This document shows positions 37,001 to 50,500 of a DNA stretch of 64,000 nt, one piece after another. Position numbers and translations under genes: made by a program. The notes below the pieces were generated by a model, which was not told the DNA's origin, did no database searches, and saw only the letters and a program-made list of their open reading frames with translations. Source of the DNA: Cenococcum geophilum (lineage: Eukaryota); assembly GCA_050273025.1 (NCBI GenBank), contig CP158635.1, forward strand, positions 9,548,001-9,612,000, given 5' to 3'. Numbering within the stretch: the stretch's first letter is position 1; the number at the start of each line of letters is the position of its first letter.

Positions 37001-38205
37001 AATTTTGCCTCTATTTATATAATAGCTATAAGGCTTATTTTTAATACTTAGTCAGCTTGTTTAATAAAAGAATTACTTATAAAGGCAATATAAACCTAAA
37101 CCTTATACTAATTGGTTTTAATAATATTAATTAAAAATAAGATAAAACTATAAAGTACTTTATATTAGGCTTTGTATTTATATTAAATAAAAGACTAATT
37201 TTATAAAAATTAAAGTTATAAGCTACCGTTTTACTATTAATATGCCAATTAAAATATATAATTTTAACAACTGTAGTAAAAGAGGCTATATAGCTTTAAC
37301 TTCTAATTACTAAACTAAGCACGCTAAATTAAAATAAATAATTTATTAGGATTTTAATTAAAACTTATAACTAAGCTATAAAGATATTGGCTAAAAATTT
37401 AATTTAATATAATTAGATAAAGCACATCAATATCCAGTTTTATTATATAAGAAATAAAATAAATAGTAATAGGATTGACTTTATATATATTACCTCAATT
37501 AATATAACAGCTAATAGCTAATAGCTTTACTAAGCCTCTTATAGGTCCTTAGTTTTATACCTCCCTTAAGCACCTTTAGATAATATAGGAGCTTAATTAA
37601 CTATATTACACCTTAATAAGAAATTGGTATACAATAAGTAAATTCTTAGAAGGTATACTAAATAACGCCTTAAAGCCTCAAAACAAGTAATAGAACTTAA
37701 CCTTAATCTATTAACCTACTACTAAAATCTAATAGCCATAATATTAGGGAGAGCTTATACTAATAAGAAAAATAGATATATTTTAGGAGAAATATAAAGT
37801 AAGGCTATTAGACCTTTAGAGCTCTATAGGTAATGCAAAACACTTATAGAGAGGTGCTGCCAAATATTTAGGGGGCGTTTTATAGAGTAGGCGCTGTCTT
37901 TAGGCGCTAGGGAGGATATAACTCCTTATTAAATACTTATTATACCTTAGAGGAGCTTTAGTAACCCTTATTAAGCAATCTTATACCCCTATATACAGTA
38001 TATATAGCAGTATTATTAACTAAGCTTAAGGGAGGGTGTTGGCGAACAAGTTTATAACGATATTACGCGATAAGACTTATAAGGAGAAACCTCTTGGCAA
38101 GAATCTGACCAATTAGACAACTTTGACCATGCGGTTAAAGTTCTATAAAATCTCAACTACTACCTATATAAAAGATAAGCAATATATAAGCTTTAGCTTA
38201 ATAAC

Positions 38206-41200
38206 TATTACGGGACACCCCCGTAACACCTTGCACACGTCCACCTATTTCTACTAACTCAGCAATTAGAGACCAACCGCGAAATAGCAATCTAACGGCA
38301 ATTTACGGCATTCTGCCATATTCTACCAAGTTCTACCAAATTCTGCCAAGTTCTGCTAGGACTATAACCTAAACTCTATTCTGCCTATATACGTATTAAC
38401 TAAGCAACTAAGTTAACGATATATGCCCTTTCTTCCTGTTTTCATACCTTCTTTCCTTACGCAACGTCTTGACTTTATTACGCAGTTTATATATATAGCT
38501 TAATAATACCTACTTCGCTATATATTATTACCGCTTGTGCTTACTCTGTAACACTACATTATGTTAAAAACTTACACTACCCTCTAAAAATACAGAACGA
38601 CCCTAAAGCCCCCGTAACGGCCGACGCTATTATAGCTGCACTCTAAGAATAATTAGCAGGTATATAGAAGTCCTTTACGGACGCCCTTATATAGCATTAA
38701 GCCACTTTAACTTATTAGTAAGCCGAATAAGAAGCATAATAATAATAATTAATTAAAGCACTTTAAGAAGAAGTCCGTATCCTTAAGATGCCTATATTAA
38801 GGCCTTAAGACCAAACACCATCTCTAAAGATAAACACGCGGAACGCAAGCCCCGAATTAATAGTAGTTACTCACCCTATAGAGCCAACTACTACACTAAA
38901 ACGATCTAAGAAACTACTAGACCCCCTAGTATTTACCAGTAAATGACAAGAGCTTTAGTTATTCTTAAGCCGGCTTAAGAATAAGCTAACCAGTAATGCT
39001 AACCGCTACCTAACTAAAGCTAACTAACTCTATTACGCCCTAAGTTAACTAAAAGGAAACGCAGCTAACCTTATTAAACCTCTCTAACCAAACTTAGTAT
39101 AAAGCCTAGTTATACTTCTTAAAGCTATATATAGTAACCCAAACCACCAAGCCACCGCTTAAAGAAAGATAAACCAAATAACTTAAGAAAAGAAAAGTTT
39201 CCTAGTATACTTCTCCGAATTTAACCGCTACGTAAAGGAAATAGGCTGAAATAACTCCACACTAATTAACAGCCTTATTAAATCCTTAAGCCCTAAACTA
39301 AAAACCTCCCTAATAGGCGTAGACCTCCTAGAAACTCTTAACGCCTATATAAACGTTATTAACAAACGGTATAATAATATACTACGCCTTACACTAAAGC
39401 CCGTTTATTGGTATAATATAATAACCCTACAAATATTTACTAAGTTATCGTCTTAACCTAAGCACCCTGACGCCATAGATATTAACACTAAGACCCTAGG
39501 ATACGCCCCATTAGGGTCCTCTAAATAAGAACAACGCATTAAGCTAGGCCTTTGCTTTAAATATAGAAGTAGCTCCCACCTCTTAAACCACTACTCCGTC
39601 CCTATACCCCGAAACGATTTATAAATGGCTAGCACTGGCAGCCGTCCACCATATTAATCTTCTAGTTACCGTCCCTAATCTTTATCTAGTTCCACCCCTA
39701 CGTCTAGTAAGCACTATTTATAAGGACAAAGCTACAGCTAACGTCCTATAAGAACCCTACCCTAATTACCTCTAAAAGGAAGGTCCTAGAGCTAAGTCGC
39801 TTTCTAAGACGGCTCTGCTATAGGATCTCGTTAAATGCATTTAACGTCACAAACTCCAATTCTTGGGACCGTAGCATAACCATTAACTGCTGTCTTTGGT
39901 AGAATAGTTAATAGGCTAACGCTTAAATCCTAATCAATATAGGAGCTAGCGGCATAGGATTTATTAATAAGATCTTTATGTAAAATAATAATTTTACCCT
40001 AACCCCCCCCCAACCGGCATATTAACGTATTTAGATTTAATAGTAAACGCACTATCTTAGGCCGTATTACCTACGTAGTATTCCTAAGACTCCAATACCT
40101 AAACCATAAAGAATTAATTAAACTTTTCGTTACCACCCTTGGTTACTTGGTGATCCTAAAATAACCCTAGATAAAGCTATATAAGGTAACTATTAATTAG
40201 GACAACCTTAAGCTTCTATTTACTGCCTCCCATTATAAGTAGAAGTGCCTTATAACTCGCCACTTAAACCCAGAACTAAAATCTAAAAAATCCACCAGGA
40301 TCCACCAGTTTAAAATTTCCATAACTGTCCACCCTATACCTAAGAAATCCACCAGATTCCACCAACCTAGGAATTCCACTGAATTCCACCAACGTAAGAT
40401 CTCCACTAATACTTACTCCACGCCTAAAAATTCCACCGACATCTACTAAGGACCCAAAAACTCCACTAAATTTTATAAGTTATTACTAAGCACTACACCG
40501 CCCCAAGCCAAGTAAAAGCTTAAGCTCTATACACGGAAATACTAGAAGGACTAGTATTCCACTATAAAAAGGATTCTTAAAGAACCTGAACCTAAATCTA
40601 ATACTAACTCCGTACCTGATACTAAACCTAAACCTAAATAAGAAACTATAGACAACCTAAGTGAGCTCGGCACCCTAGATATCCGTATAATTGGAGCTAC
40701 CCCGCTAGCGCAACTTGCTAAGAAACCCGAGCATATAATCTTCGCTATTATAATGGCCGATATTAAGAAGGCCTTAGCACTAAAGAAGCACACTAACCCT
40801 ACTATAAAGGTACTAATAGAGTATTATTATCGCCTAGATGTATTCTTACGAAAGGAAGCCAATAAGCTACTAGAACACTAACTATACGACCATAAGATTA
40901 TACTTAAAGAAGGAAAGCAGCCTAGATTTGGACCTGTATACGGGATATTCTAAAATAAACTCTAAGTACTATAAAAGTATTTAGATAAGAACCTAAGTAA
41001 AGGATTTATTAAAGCAAGCTTGTTGCCTATAGCCGTATTAGTAATCTTCGTTAAGAAACCTAGCGGCGGTCTACGCTTCTATATAGACTACTAAGCTCTT
41101 AACGCTGTTACCGTTAAGAACTAATATCCAATCCCGTTAATATAAGAGACGCTAAACTAATTAAGTAAGGCTCATTACTATACAAAGCTCGATATTATCT

Positions 41201-44162
41201 CTATATTTAACCGTCTCTGTATTATAAAAGGGGACGAATAGCTTACTGCATTTTATACCCAATATAGACTATTTAAGTACTTAGTAATACCCTTCAGCCT
41301 CGCAAACGCTCTAAGCTCGTTTTAACATTATATAAATAACACCCTACGCCCTTACCTAGACATCTTCTATACTACTTATATTGACGACATCCTAATATAC
41401 AGTAATAACCTGACCGAATATTAAAAACACGTTAACCTTATCCTATAAGCCCTATATAGAGCTAGTCTATAATTAGATGTAGATAAATGCAAGTTTTATA
41501 AAACGGAAGTCCTATACCTTAAACTCCTTATTTCTATAAATGGTATATAAATGGACCTAAAGAAAGTCAAAGCAATTGTAAACTAGTAAGAACCCAAGAA
41601 CGTTAAGGACGTAAGAGCCTTTATAGGATTTACTAATTTCTACTAACGGTTTATTAATAACTTCTCCGCCCTAGTTTTACCCCTTATAGCTCTAACCTAA
41701 AAGGATAAAGTCTTTATCTTTAATAAGGAATACAAGAAGGCCTTTACCTATCTAAAGGTTATGTTTACTACTACGCCCATACTCTAATACTTTAACCTAA
41801 ACTGAATAAGTATTATAGAAGCCGACTTATCTAACTACGTCACTAGAGGCATCCTATCTCAGTATAACGAGGATAGAGTATTACACCCTATAGCATACTT
41901 CTTAAAACGACTAAGCCTAGCCGAATATAACTATAAGATCTATAATAAGGAATTATTAGCTATTATTAGGTGTTTTAAATAATAGCGACCTAAACTAGAA
42001 GGCGCTAGATTTCCAATTAAGGTCCTTAGCGACTATAAAAACCTATAGTACTTCACAACCACGAAACAGCTAAGTCATCGTTAGGCCCGCTAGTTAGAAT
42101 ATCTATCTTGTTTCCAATTCTCGATTACGTACTACCTAGGCGTCTAAGGTTAGAAGCCTAATGCCCTAACCCAACGCTTGCAAGACGCGCCAGCCCTAGA
42201 AGAAGCGCGCTCTTACTAAAATCAGACCCTACTTTACCCTAAACTATTTAACCCTCCTACTAAAGATCTTACGGTATACGTCCTTAAAATAACTAATCGA
42301 TTGATTAAACAGATTATAGTTAACAAATACCTAAATAACGAGTTTATCCAAAAGACGCTTAAGCTAATATAAGATGGCATTAGATGCTTTAAAAAGATTT
42401 CTTTAAGTAAATACAAAGCCCGCAGAAATCGCTTATATTACTAGAACCATCTAGTTATCCCTAATTACGATAAGCTTAAGCTTAAACTCCTTAAACACGT
42501 ACACGATCTACCTATCGCCGGCCACCCGGGCCAAGGAAAGACCCTAGAACTACTCTAACGGGAGTATTATTGGCCGAATATATATAATATAACACGAAGG
42601 TACGTCTCTAGCTGCTATACCTGCCGACGAGCTAAAGCCTCGCATAAGACGTATAACGGTCTTTTAAAGCCGCTGCCCGTTCTAGACCGAAGATAGAAGG
42701 ATATCTTAATTAACTTTATTGTTAACCTTCCTAAGAGTAGAGGCTACACAAATATTATAGTAGTTATAGACCGACTATCTAAAATAAAACACTTAATCGC
42801 CTGCCCTAATATATTAACGCCTACCGTTGCCCAACTATTCTTAGATTACGTATAGAAACTCTATAGACTCCCTAAAACGATTATCTCCAATAAAGGCAGC
42901 TAGTTTGTCTTGGTATTCTAAAAGGAACTAACTACTTAACTCCGCATTAAAGCACTGTTATTTACCGCGTATTACCTAAAAACGGATAGCTAAATAGAAC
43001 GCGTAAATGCTATAATGGAATAGTATATTCGGATATATACGTTATATTTATAGGATAACTAGATCAACTGGCTTGTATTTACCAAGTTTACTATAAATAA
43101 TTCCGTCTTGGAAACTACAAAAGTCTCTCCGTTCCTAGCCAATTACGGCTAGTACTCACAAATAGGTTTTAAACCCTTTAGTAATGTCCCTTACCCTACT
43201 TATTACGCCTTATAAGTTGTAGAAGTAAATAAATTCGTAGAGAAGATAGAGGAACTATAATAGTTCCTTACTAATGAGATAATATAGGCTTAATCTGTCT
43301 ATAAAGCCGCAGCGAATAAAAAACGAACCCTAGTACCGGCCTACTAAATTAGTAATTTTGTCTAGCTAGATATAAGAAATCTAAACACGAAATGACCTAC
43401 TAAGAAACTTAATTGGAAGAACGCTGGCCCTTATAAGGTTGAAAAGGTTATCTCTCCTTATACCTACTAACTAAAGCTCCCTAATACGGTTAAAATCCAC
43501 CCCATATTCTATACGTTAGTCCTCCGCCCTACTACCCCTATATTAGACGCCCTGCCTAGATAGATATAAGACCCTCCCCTACCAGTTAAAGTAGATAGTG
43601 AGAATAAGTACTTTATTAAAAGAATTAACGATATTAAGTATGATAAACGGAAACGCTAATATATATATCTTACAAAATGGAGAGGCTTTATTAAGTCCTT
43701 ATGGGAACCCGTTAACTCTATAGGACTTATATAAGCCGCAGAAGACTTTTACGAACTTTATCTAGAACTACTACAGCCCTATCTCGCAGAAGCTCGAGTT
43801 TAAAGGGGGGGTACTGTTACGGGATACCCCCGTAACACCTTGCACACGTCTACCTATTTCTATTAACTTAGCAATTAGAGACTAACCGCGAAATGGCAAT
43901 CTAACGGCAATCTACGGCATTTTGCCATATTCTGCCAAGTTCTACTAAATTCTGCCAAGTTCTGCCAGGACTATAACCTGAACCCTATTCTGCCTATGTA
44001 CGTATTAACTAAGCAACCAAGTCAACGATATATGCCCTTTCTTCCCGTTTTCCTACCTTCTTTCCTTACGCAACGTCTTGACTTTATTACGCAGTTTATG
44101 TACATAGCTTAATAATACCTACTTCGCTATATATTATCACCGCTTATGCTTACTCCGTGACA
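38206..44162 (+). mobile_element. Complete Gypsy chromovirus (5957 bp) inserted in the old Copia 3' LTR
   Basis: LTRs of 348 bp at 38206-38553 and 43815-44162, TSD ATAAC. Zn knuckle at about 39550, RT YIDD at about 41377, integrase HHCC at about 42500-42625, chromodomain at about 43600-43760, PPT aaagggggggta. Confidence 0.95.
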
Positions 44163-44521
44163 ATAACCTACTAAACCAATAGGATATAAGAGCATCTTAG
44201 CTGCGTAATTTACAGTGCCGCGCCTAAAGTAAAAACGACAAGATAGGATGCTAAGCACTCGTATATTTATGTGGAGAAGGAAACGTGTAAATATAGAGAA
44301 TGGACGCGTAGCTAAGGGAGTAATTAGCTGCTAGTACGGAGGTCGCTAATATAGCCAATTATACCTTCCTAGTTAGGCAGTTTTGCTTACCACCTACTAG
44401 GAGAATATGAAGTTCGACGTTAGACGCATTAAATTTGTTTTTAAAGCTTTAAATAAAAATACAATATATATATTTAATTGATTAATTAATAAGCTAGCTA
44501 ATTAAAAGGTGTTAAACTTTG

Positions 44522-47500
44522 TGTTACGGACGCTTTAAGTACAATGTTACGACTACTAGGAGAGGAGTCGGAAGAAGCTAGTTAGTTAATATAAGTACGG
44601 TCTAGGATAGAACCAGTAGAGCTATATAATGAGAAATAGTAGCTAAGGTTATATAATGTGATCTATATAATCTATATAATCTATAAGGTCCGCGATAGAG
44701 TAAATAGAGTAGACAGAGTAGACGGAGTAAGGACTTCTATAAAAGTACGGTTGTGTATTTAAGGACCCTTAGTCCCTACCTAGATAGTTCCTTTCTTTGT
44801 AATAATTCTTAGAATACAATTAGAGTTAATCTATTAGGCAACCACTCCACTAGTTATTATTACGTTATTAACTTCCTACTTTACCTATATACCTAGCCTA
44901 ATAACAAATCCACCGTAGTTCCTACTATAAGGTTCCGTTATATAATTACTACTATAGTTACGGTAATAGAAGTCAAATAATATACTACTAAAAGCAGTTA
45001 TAACGACGCTATTAATGGTAGTAATAACCTTAGGGTTAGTTAATAATACTAGTATAGTAGATACTAACTCGTAACTAGTTACAGTTAAATAGTTATAGGC
45101 AATAGTTAATTAGTTAATAGATAATAATAAGGTATTTAAATAAAGGGTTAATGGAATAGGAGTAGCTAAGGTTAAGTTACCTTTAATTAAACGATTTTTA
45201 GGAGAGAGATTAAAGCTTAAAGGATTCCTTACGTAAATATACTTTAAAGTTACACAGAAAGGAGTAAAGTTAGCGATATTTATGGATTAGGTAGTATACG
45301 TAGGATTATTCCTAACGGGAAGGGTGCTTAAATAGTTTAAACCCTACCTTACGGAAATATAAGATAATAGTATAACAACTACTAATTAGGAAGTATAATA
45401 TATATTTTTAAGCTAGACTAAATTTACGGAATAATTAATATAAATATTTAGAGACCCAGAAGTAATAACTATAGTAAAAAGGAAGCTTTAGGACCTAATA
45501 TAGCAAACCTTAGCAATTAAGTATATAACGCAGTTTTAGATATTAGCTATATAGGTTAAATAGAATAATAAGGCGCTTATAGTATAGTATAAATAGGGAC
45601 TTAAAGTAAAAGTCTAAAATATAATTATTCTAATAGAAGATACGGACACCCTTAAGGAATTAATAGATTAAGTAATTAAAATTAATAATAGGATCTTCCA
45701 AAGGGAATAGGCTAAAAAAGGCTAGAATAGAGTTTTATAGTTGTATAAAGCGCAAAGCACGTAATATTTAAAGTTAAATTAAAAACTATGGTATAGCGTA
45801 GAGCTAATAGACCTAAGTAGTACTAAAGAAACCTATAAGAGATGGGGAAAGTAACTATAGAAACTTAGAAGTTTAGAATTAAGTAATTATAGGACTAAGA
45901 AGCATAGGCTAAACTAAGAATCTTAGTAGTAGAAGATATTTAAGCGGACTCTATAGTAAAAGTAATAGTTTAAAGACGGAGCATATATAAATTATAGAAA
46001 ATAGGGTTATTTTGCCAGAGACTATAGAAGTGGTTAGAGTTACTATATAGTAAAGGGAACTAGACTAATAGTATATAACACATATATATAGAGGGATAAT
46101 AGTGTACTACAAGGAACAAAAAAATATTTAATTAGAAGTTTTACGTTTTGTTATAATAACACATACTAAATTTATAAAGACGCTAAGTACGGTGTAAGCT
46201 ATTAGCTATAAGAGCTAGAGTTAAAAGGACTTAAAGGAACTAGAGAGTTAAATAAAAAATAAAAATAACTCTATAAGCTAGATTAAGATATTATAGTAAT
46301 ATACGGATAAAGATTAGTAGTAATAATAATAGAGTTAGAGTACTTATTAATTAACAGCGATAAGGTAGTAGAGGGAACTAACTAAGACCGCTATAGAGTA
46401 AGGTTTAGTAACGGGTATTATAACACTATTAGATACGGCATCCATCGCTTTATAAGATGGAAGAAGAAATATTTAAAGATAATTAAGTAAGTAGACGACT
46501 GCTAGTACTAGCTTACTACTTAATAAAGGTAAAAGGCCAAAGGCTTAAGATTCTTAAGATAAGATAAGAAATAACTAAGATTCTTAAGACGAGATAAGGT
46601 ACGCTTAAGGACCTATAATAGACGATAACCGATAGAGCAGAGTAATAGCTTAGTTTAGTAATATATAAATAAGCTTAGGACGAAGTTTCCTAAAGGTATA
46701 AGACTTTTAAGATAAGATAAGTAAGATTTAAGACTCTTAAGATAAGATAAAAATACTAGCAAAGCCTAGTTGAACTAAGGCTAGAGTATAGCTTAAGAAA
46801 AAATTGAGCTTAGGATTAAAGAATCTAAGGGACTAAGTATTTGGAGTATAAATAAGAATACCTATAAGTAAGAAGTAAGGAGCTTTATTATAAATTAGAG
46901 AATCTATAATATAAATAGCAGTTAGATTAGGAGACAGATATATAAACTTAAAGGACTTATTAGGGGAATATAGTGTTTAGCCTAAAGATTAAGAAGTTAA
47001 TACTACGATTAAGAAGTAAGAAAACTTTAAGGATCTAGTTATAAGACATAAATACTAAGAAACTATAGATAAGTTTAGAGTAAGAATCTTTATATAGTAA
47101 AAACAAGGACTAGATATAAAAGCTAGTATACTAGATTATATATAAGATAGAGCACTAGTATTAAGAATTACTAATAGGCTAAGAGTAGGCATACTAAGAG
47201 TTAAGTGGCTTACTAAACTAGAAAATAAAGAGGATCTAGGGATTTTAACTAGGTTTAAAGAACGATATATAAAGGGCTGTTATAACGTAGTAATAAGAAG
47301 ATACTTCCTTACGGATAGACCGTATATACTTTAATAGCTGTACTAAAGGTAGTATAGGCAAAGATATAATAATAAGTAGGAAGATTTCTATATATAGTTA
47401 GATAAGAAAGTTATCTAGAACTACCTAATTATGGAAAAAGCAATAAACCATATTAAGGGAGCCTTAATTATAATATTAAAAGATTTAGAGAAACGATTAG

Positions 47501-50500
47501 AGGATTAAAAAAGTAAAAGACGTATCTTAATACCTGTAAATAAAGCCGCAATATTTAGATTAATATAATAAAGGTTTAAACTTAAGGACGAGGATAAGCT
47601 AAGAGTTAACCTAGGTTACCTAGCATATTATACCCTATTATAGATAGCTTATATAAATAATATGTATAATATATATAGAGCACCAAAGGATAAATATTAA
47701 AAATACTTTATAAGGATGTATTAGGCGCCAGATAAGCAATAGTATAGAAATACTAAGTATATATATAGCTAGCATCTAGTAAAAGTTTAGGAGTTAGAAG
47801 ACTTAATACTTTAACTAGAAAAATTCCTTATAGAAGAATGCTTAAACGGATAATAGTAGTGGAAATGCCTAAAGAATATATATCTATAGTATATTAAGGA
47901 CAAAAAGCGAATAAAGTATTAGTTAAAGAATAAGTTAAGTATATCAGGATCTAACAGCTAACAGTTAGAAAAAGTAGAGGCCTATAGGATTAAAGGAAGC
48001 CAGTAGTAGAGCCTTAGACCCTTAAAGGAATTTAAGGACGATACCTAAATTTATAAGTTAAATAGCAAGATTAACAGTTTAAAGTACTAGTAGATAGTGG
48101 AGTAATAAGGAACCATATCTTACTAGCAGCAATTAAAAGGATAGGGCTACCACATAGACAAAAAGAGCACCCTTATCTATTAGTTATAATTTTAGGAGAT
48201 CTAATAGCCTATAAAGGAGGCATTATTAACTTTAAAACAGGACCTATTTAGATAACCATTAAAGGAAGATAAGTTAAGATGTCTTTTAATATATTACTAT
48301 TAGGGAATAATAAGGCAGTATTAGGAATGCCTTAGTTACAGGAATACAATCTAAAGATTAATTAGATTACAGGGTAGGTTAATATTAAAGATACTTAACG
48401 CCGCAAGACGCAATAATAAGCCAAGATAGTATAGTACTAAGTTGGAGCAATATACAAGGAAACCGAGAAAGGGTTAAGTTATATACTAAGGAGATACTAT
48501 AAATACGGCAAGAAACTATAGTCACTAGAAAGTAAAAAGCTATTAAAATACGCAGCATAGGACTATAAGATAGAATTAGAACTAGAAATAAGTCTAAGGT
48601 TCTTTCTAATCTACAAGCTTACTAAAGAAGAAGAGAGAGCACTAAAAGAGTTTATTTAGGAAAACCTATGAAAGGGATATATTAGACTATTATAGTCATT
48701 AGTAGGATATCTAGTACTATTTATACTAAAGAAAAACGAAAAACTTAGGCTATATATTAACTATAGATAGTTAAATAGCATTACTAGAAAGGATAGATAT
48801 CCTTTACCCTTAATTAGCGAGATTTAGGATAGGATTAGTAATGCGTAAATCTTTACAAAGATAAATCTAAGATAGGCGTACCATTAGATTAGGATTAAGG
48901 AAGGCGACGAATAAAAGGCAGCCTTTAGGTTAAAGGAAGGATTATATAAGCTATTAGTTATATAATTTAGGCTTATAAACGCACTAGCAACGTTTTAGAA
49001 ACGTATTAATAATATATTAAGAAAACACTTGGATAAATTTGTTATAGTATACCTTAACGACATTATTATCTACTTAATAAGTGAAGAAGAGCACGGAGAA
49101 CACGTTAAATGGGTCTTAAAGAGACTATAGGAAGAACAGATGCTAGTAGTAATTAAGAAATACAAGTTCTTTACTAAGGAGACTAATTTTATTAGATTTA
49201 TTATTAAACTAGGCCAACTTAGTATAGATCTAAAGAAGATTAAGGCTATAGTAAATTAGTAAGAACTAGAGAACGTTATATAGTTAAGATTGTTCCTAAA
49301 GTTTTATAATTACTATAAAAGGTTTATAGCTTAATAGTTAAAGGATATTAAGCTGTTTATAAGGTTAATAAAGAAAGAAGAACCTTAGGTATAGGGAGAA
49401 GAATAGAGGAAACTATTTAAGGAGGTTAAGGAGTTGTTTACTTAAGACCTAGTCCTTAAAATCTACCAACCGAAACTAGAAATAGTGGTTAAAACGGATA
49501 TATTAGACTTTATACTAGGGGCGTGCTTTTTATAGAAATATAAGAATAGATAGCACCTAGTAGTATACTATAGTTGGAAGATAATACTACTAGAACTAAA
49601 CTATAACATCTATAATAAGGAGTTATTAGGTATAGTTACAGCACTTTAGAAATAAAGAGTATTCTTATAAGGTATAGAGAAACTATTTATAGTTAAGATG
49701 GATTATAAGAACCTAACGGGGTTCCTAATAACAAAAGAACTTAATTAGAGATAGGTTAGATAGGCAGAGATACTTATAGAATACCATTTCGAGATTTAGT
49801 ATACTAAGGGTATAAATAATGCACGAGCAGATGCCTTAAGTAGAAAGGCTAAACTATAAAATAATGAAAAGCCATTAGGGGCTTTACTGCGAAAAGATAT
49901 AGATGGTTTAATTAGGTATAATTATCTAAGAATTGCAGTAATAAGAGAAATTAGTTAGACCTATAAATTACTAGAAAGTGACTAGTTATAAAAGATCTAA
50001 GACGTATAGGCAGAGGATTTAAACTTAGAGTAGTATAAAAATTAAGAAGTAATATACGTACTAAGGGGCATTATAAAGGAGTTTGTTAAGTTATTCTATA
50101 AGGGACTAACTTAAGGATATAATAGAGCTATAGGCTTAGTATTAAGACTCTAAGAGGAGTATATTATTAATAAAATCTAGGGACTAGCAAGATAAGTTAT
50201 AAAGAAATATCTAAATTACTAAAGAAATAAACTAGCACAATATAAGCTATATAGAGGACTATAACTTATTAAAATACTAGAAAGACTATGGGAGGTTATA
50301 TTATAGGACTTTATTATAAAGTTGCTAAAGTTAAGAGATCCTATTACTAGACAAGATTATAATATAATTTTAGTAATAGTAGATATGGTAATAAAGTGGG
50401 GATACTTTATAGTATGTATAGAAGAAATCTTAGCGGAAGATATTACTAGAATTTATATTAAAGAAGTGTTTATAAGACATAGGGAATTAAGTAAAATTAT

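Larger units (their letters stand above)
28774..44181 (+). mobile_element. Old, heavily RIPed Ty1/Copia (post-integrase linker, RT, RNase H, 3' LTR split as 38037-38205 + 44168-44181); host of three insertions
   Basis: Copia RT is readable at about 29675-30160 (KWIKTI..KI*SLIKNRI*E, Y KAR*V, *INIKTAF) and at 36523-37000. RNase H KHINIQFYYIR lies at about 37420-37452. PPT gggaggg precedes TGTTGG...CCAATA. Confidence 0.8.
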
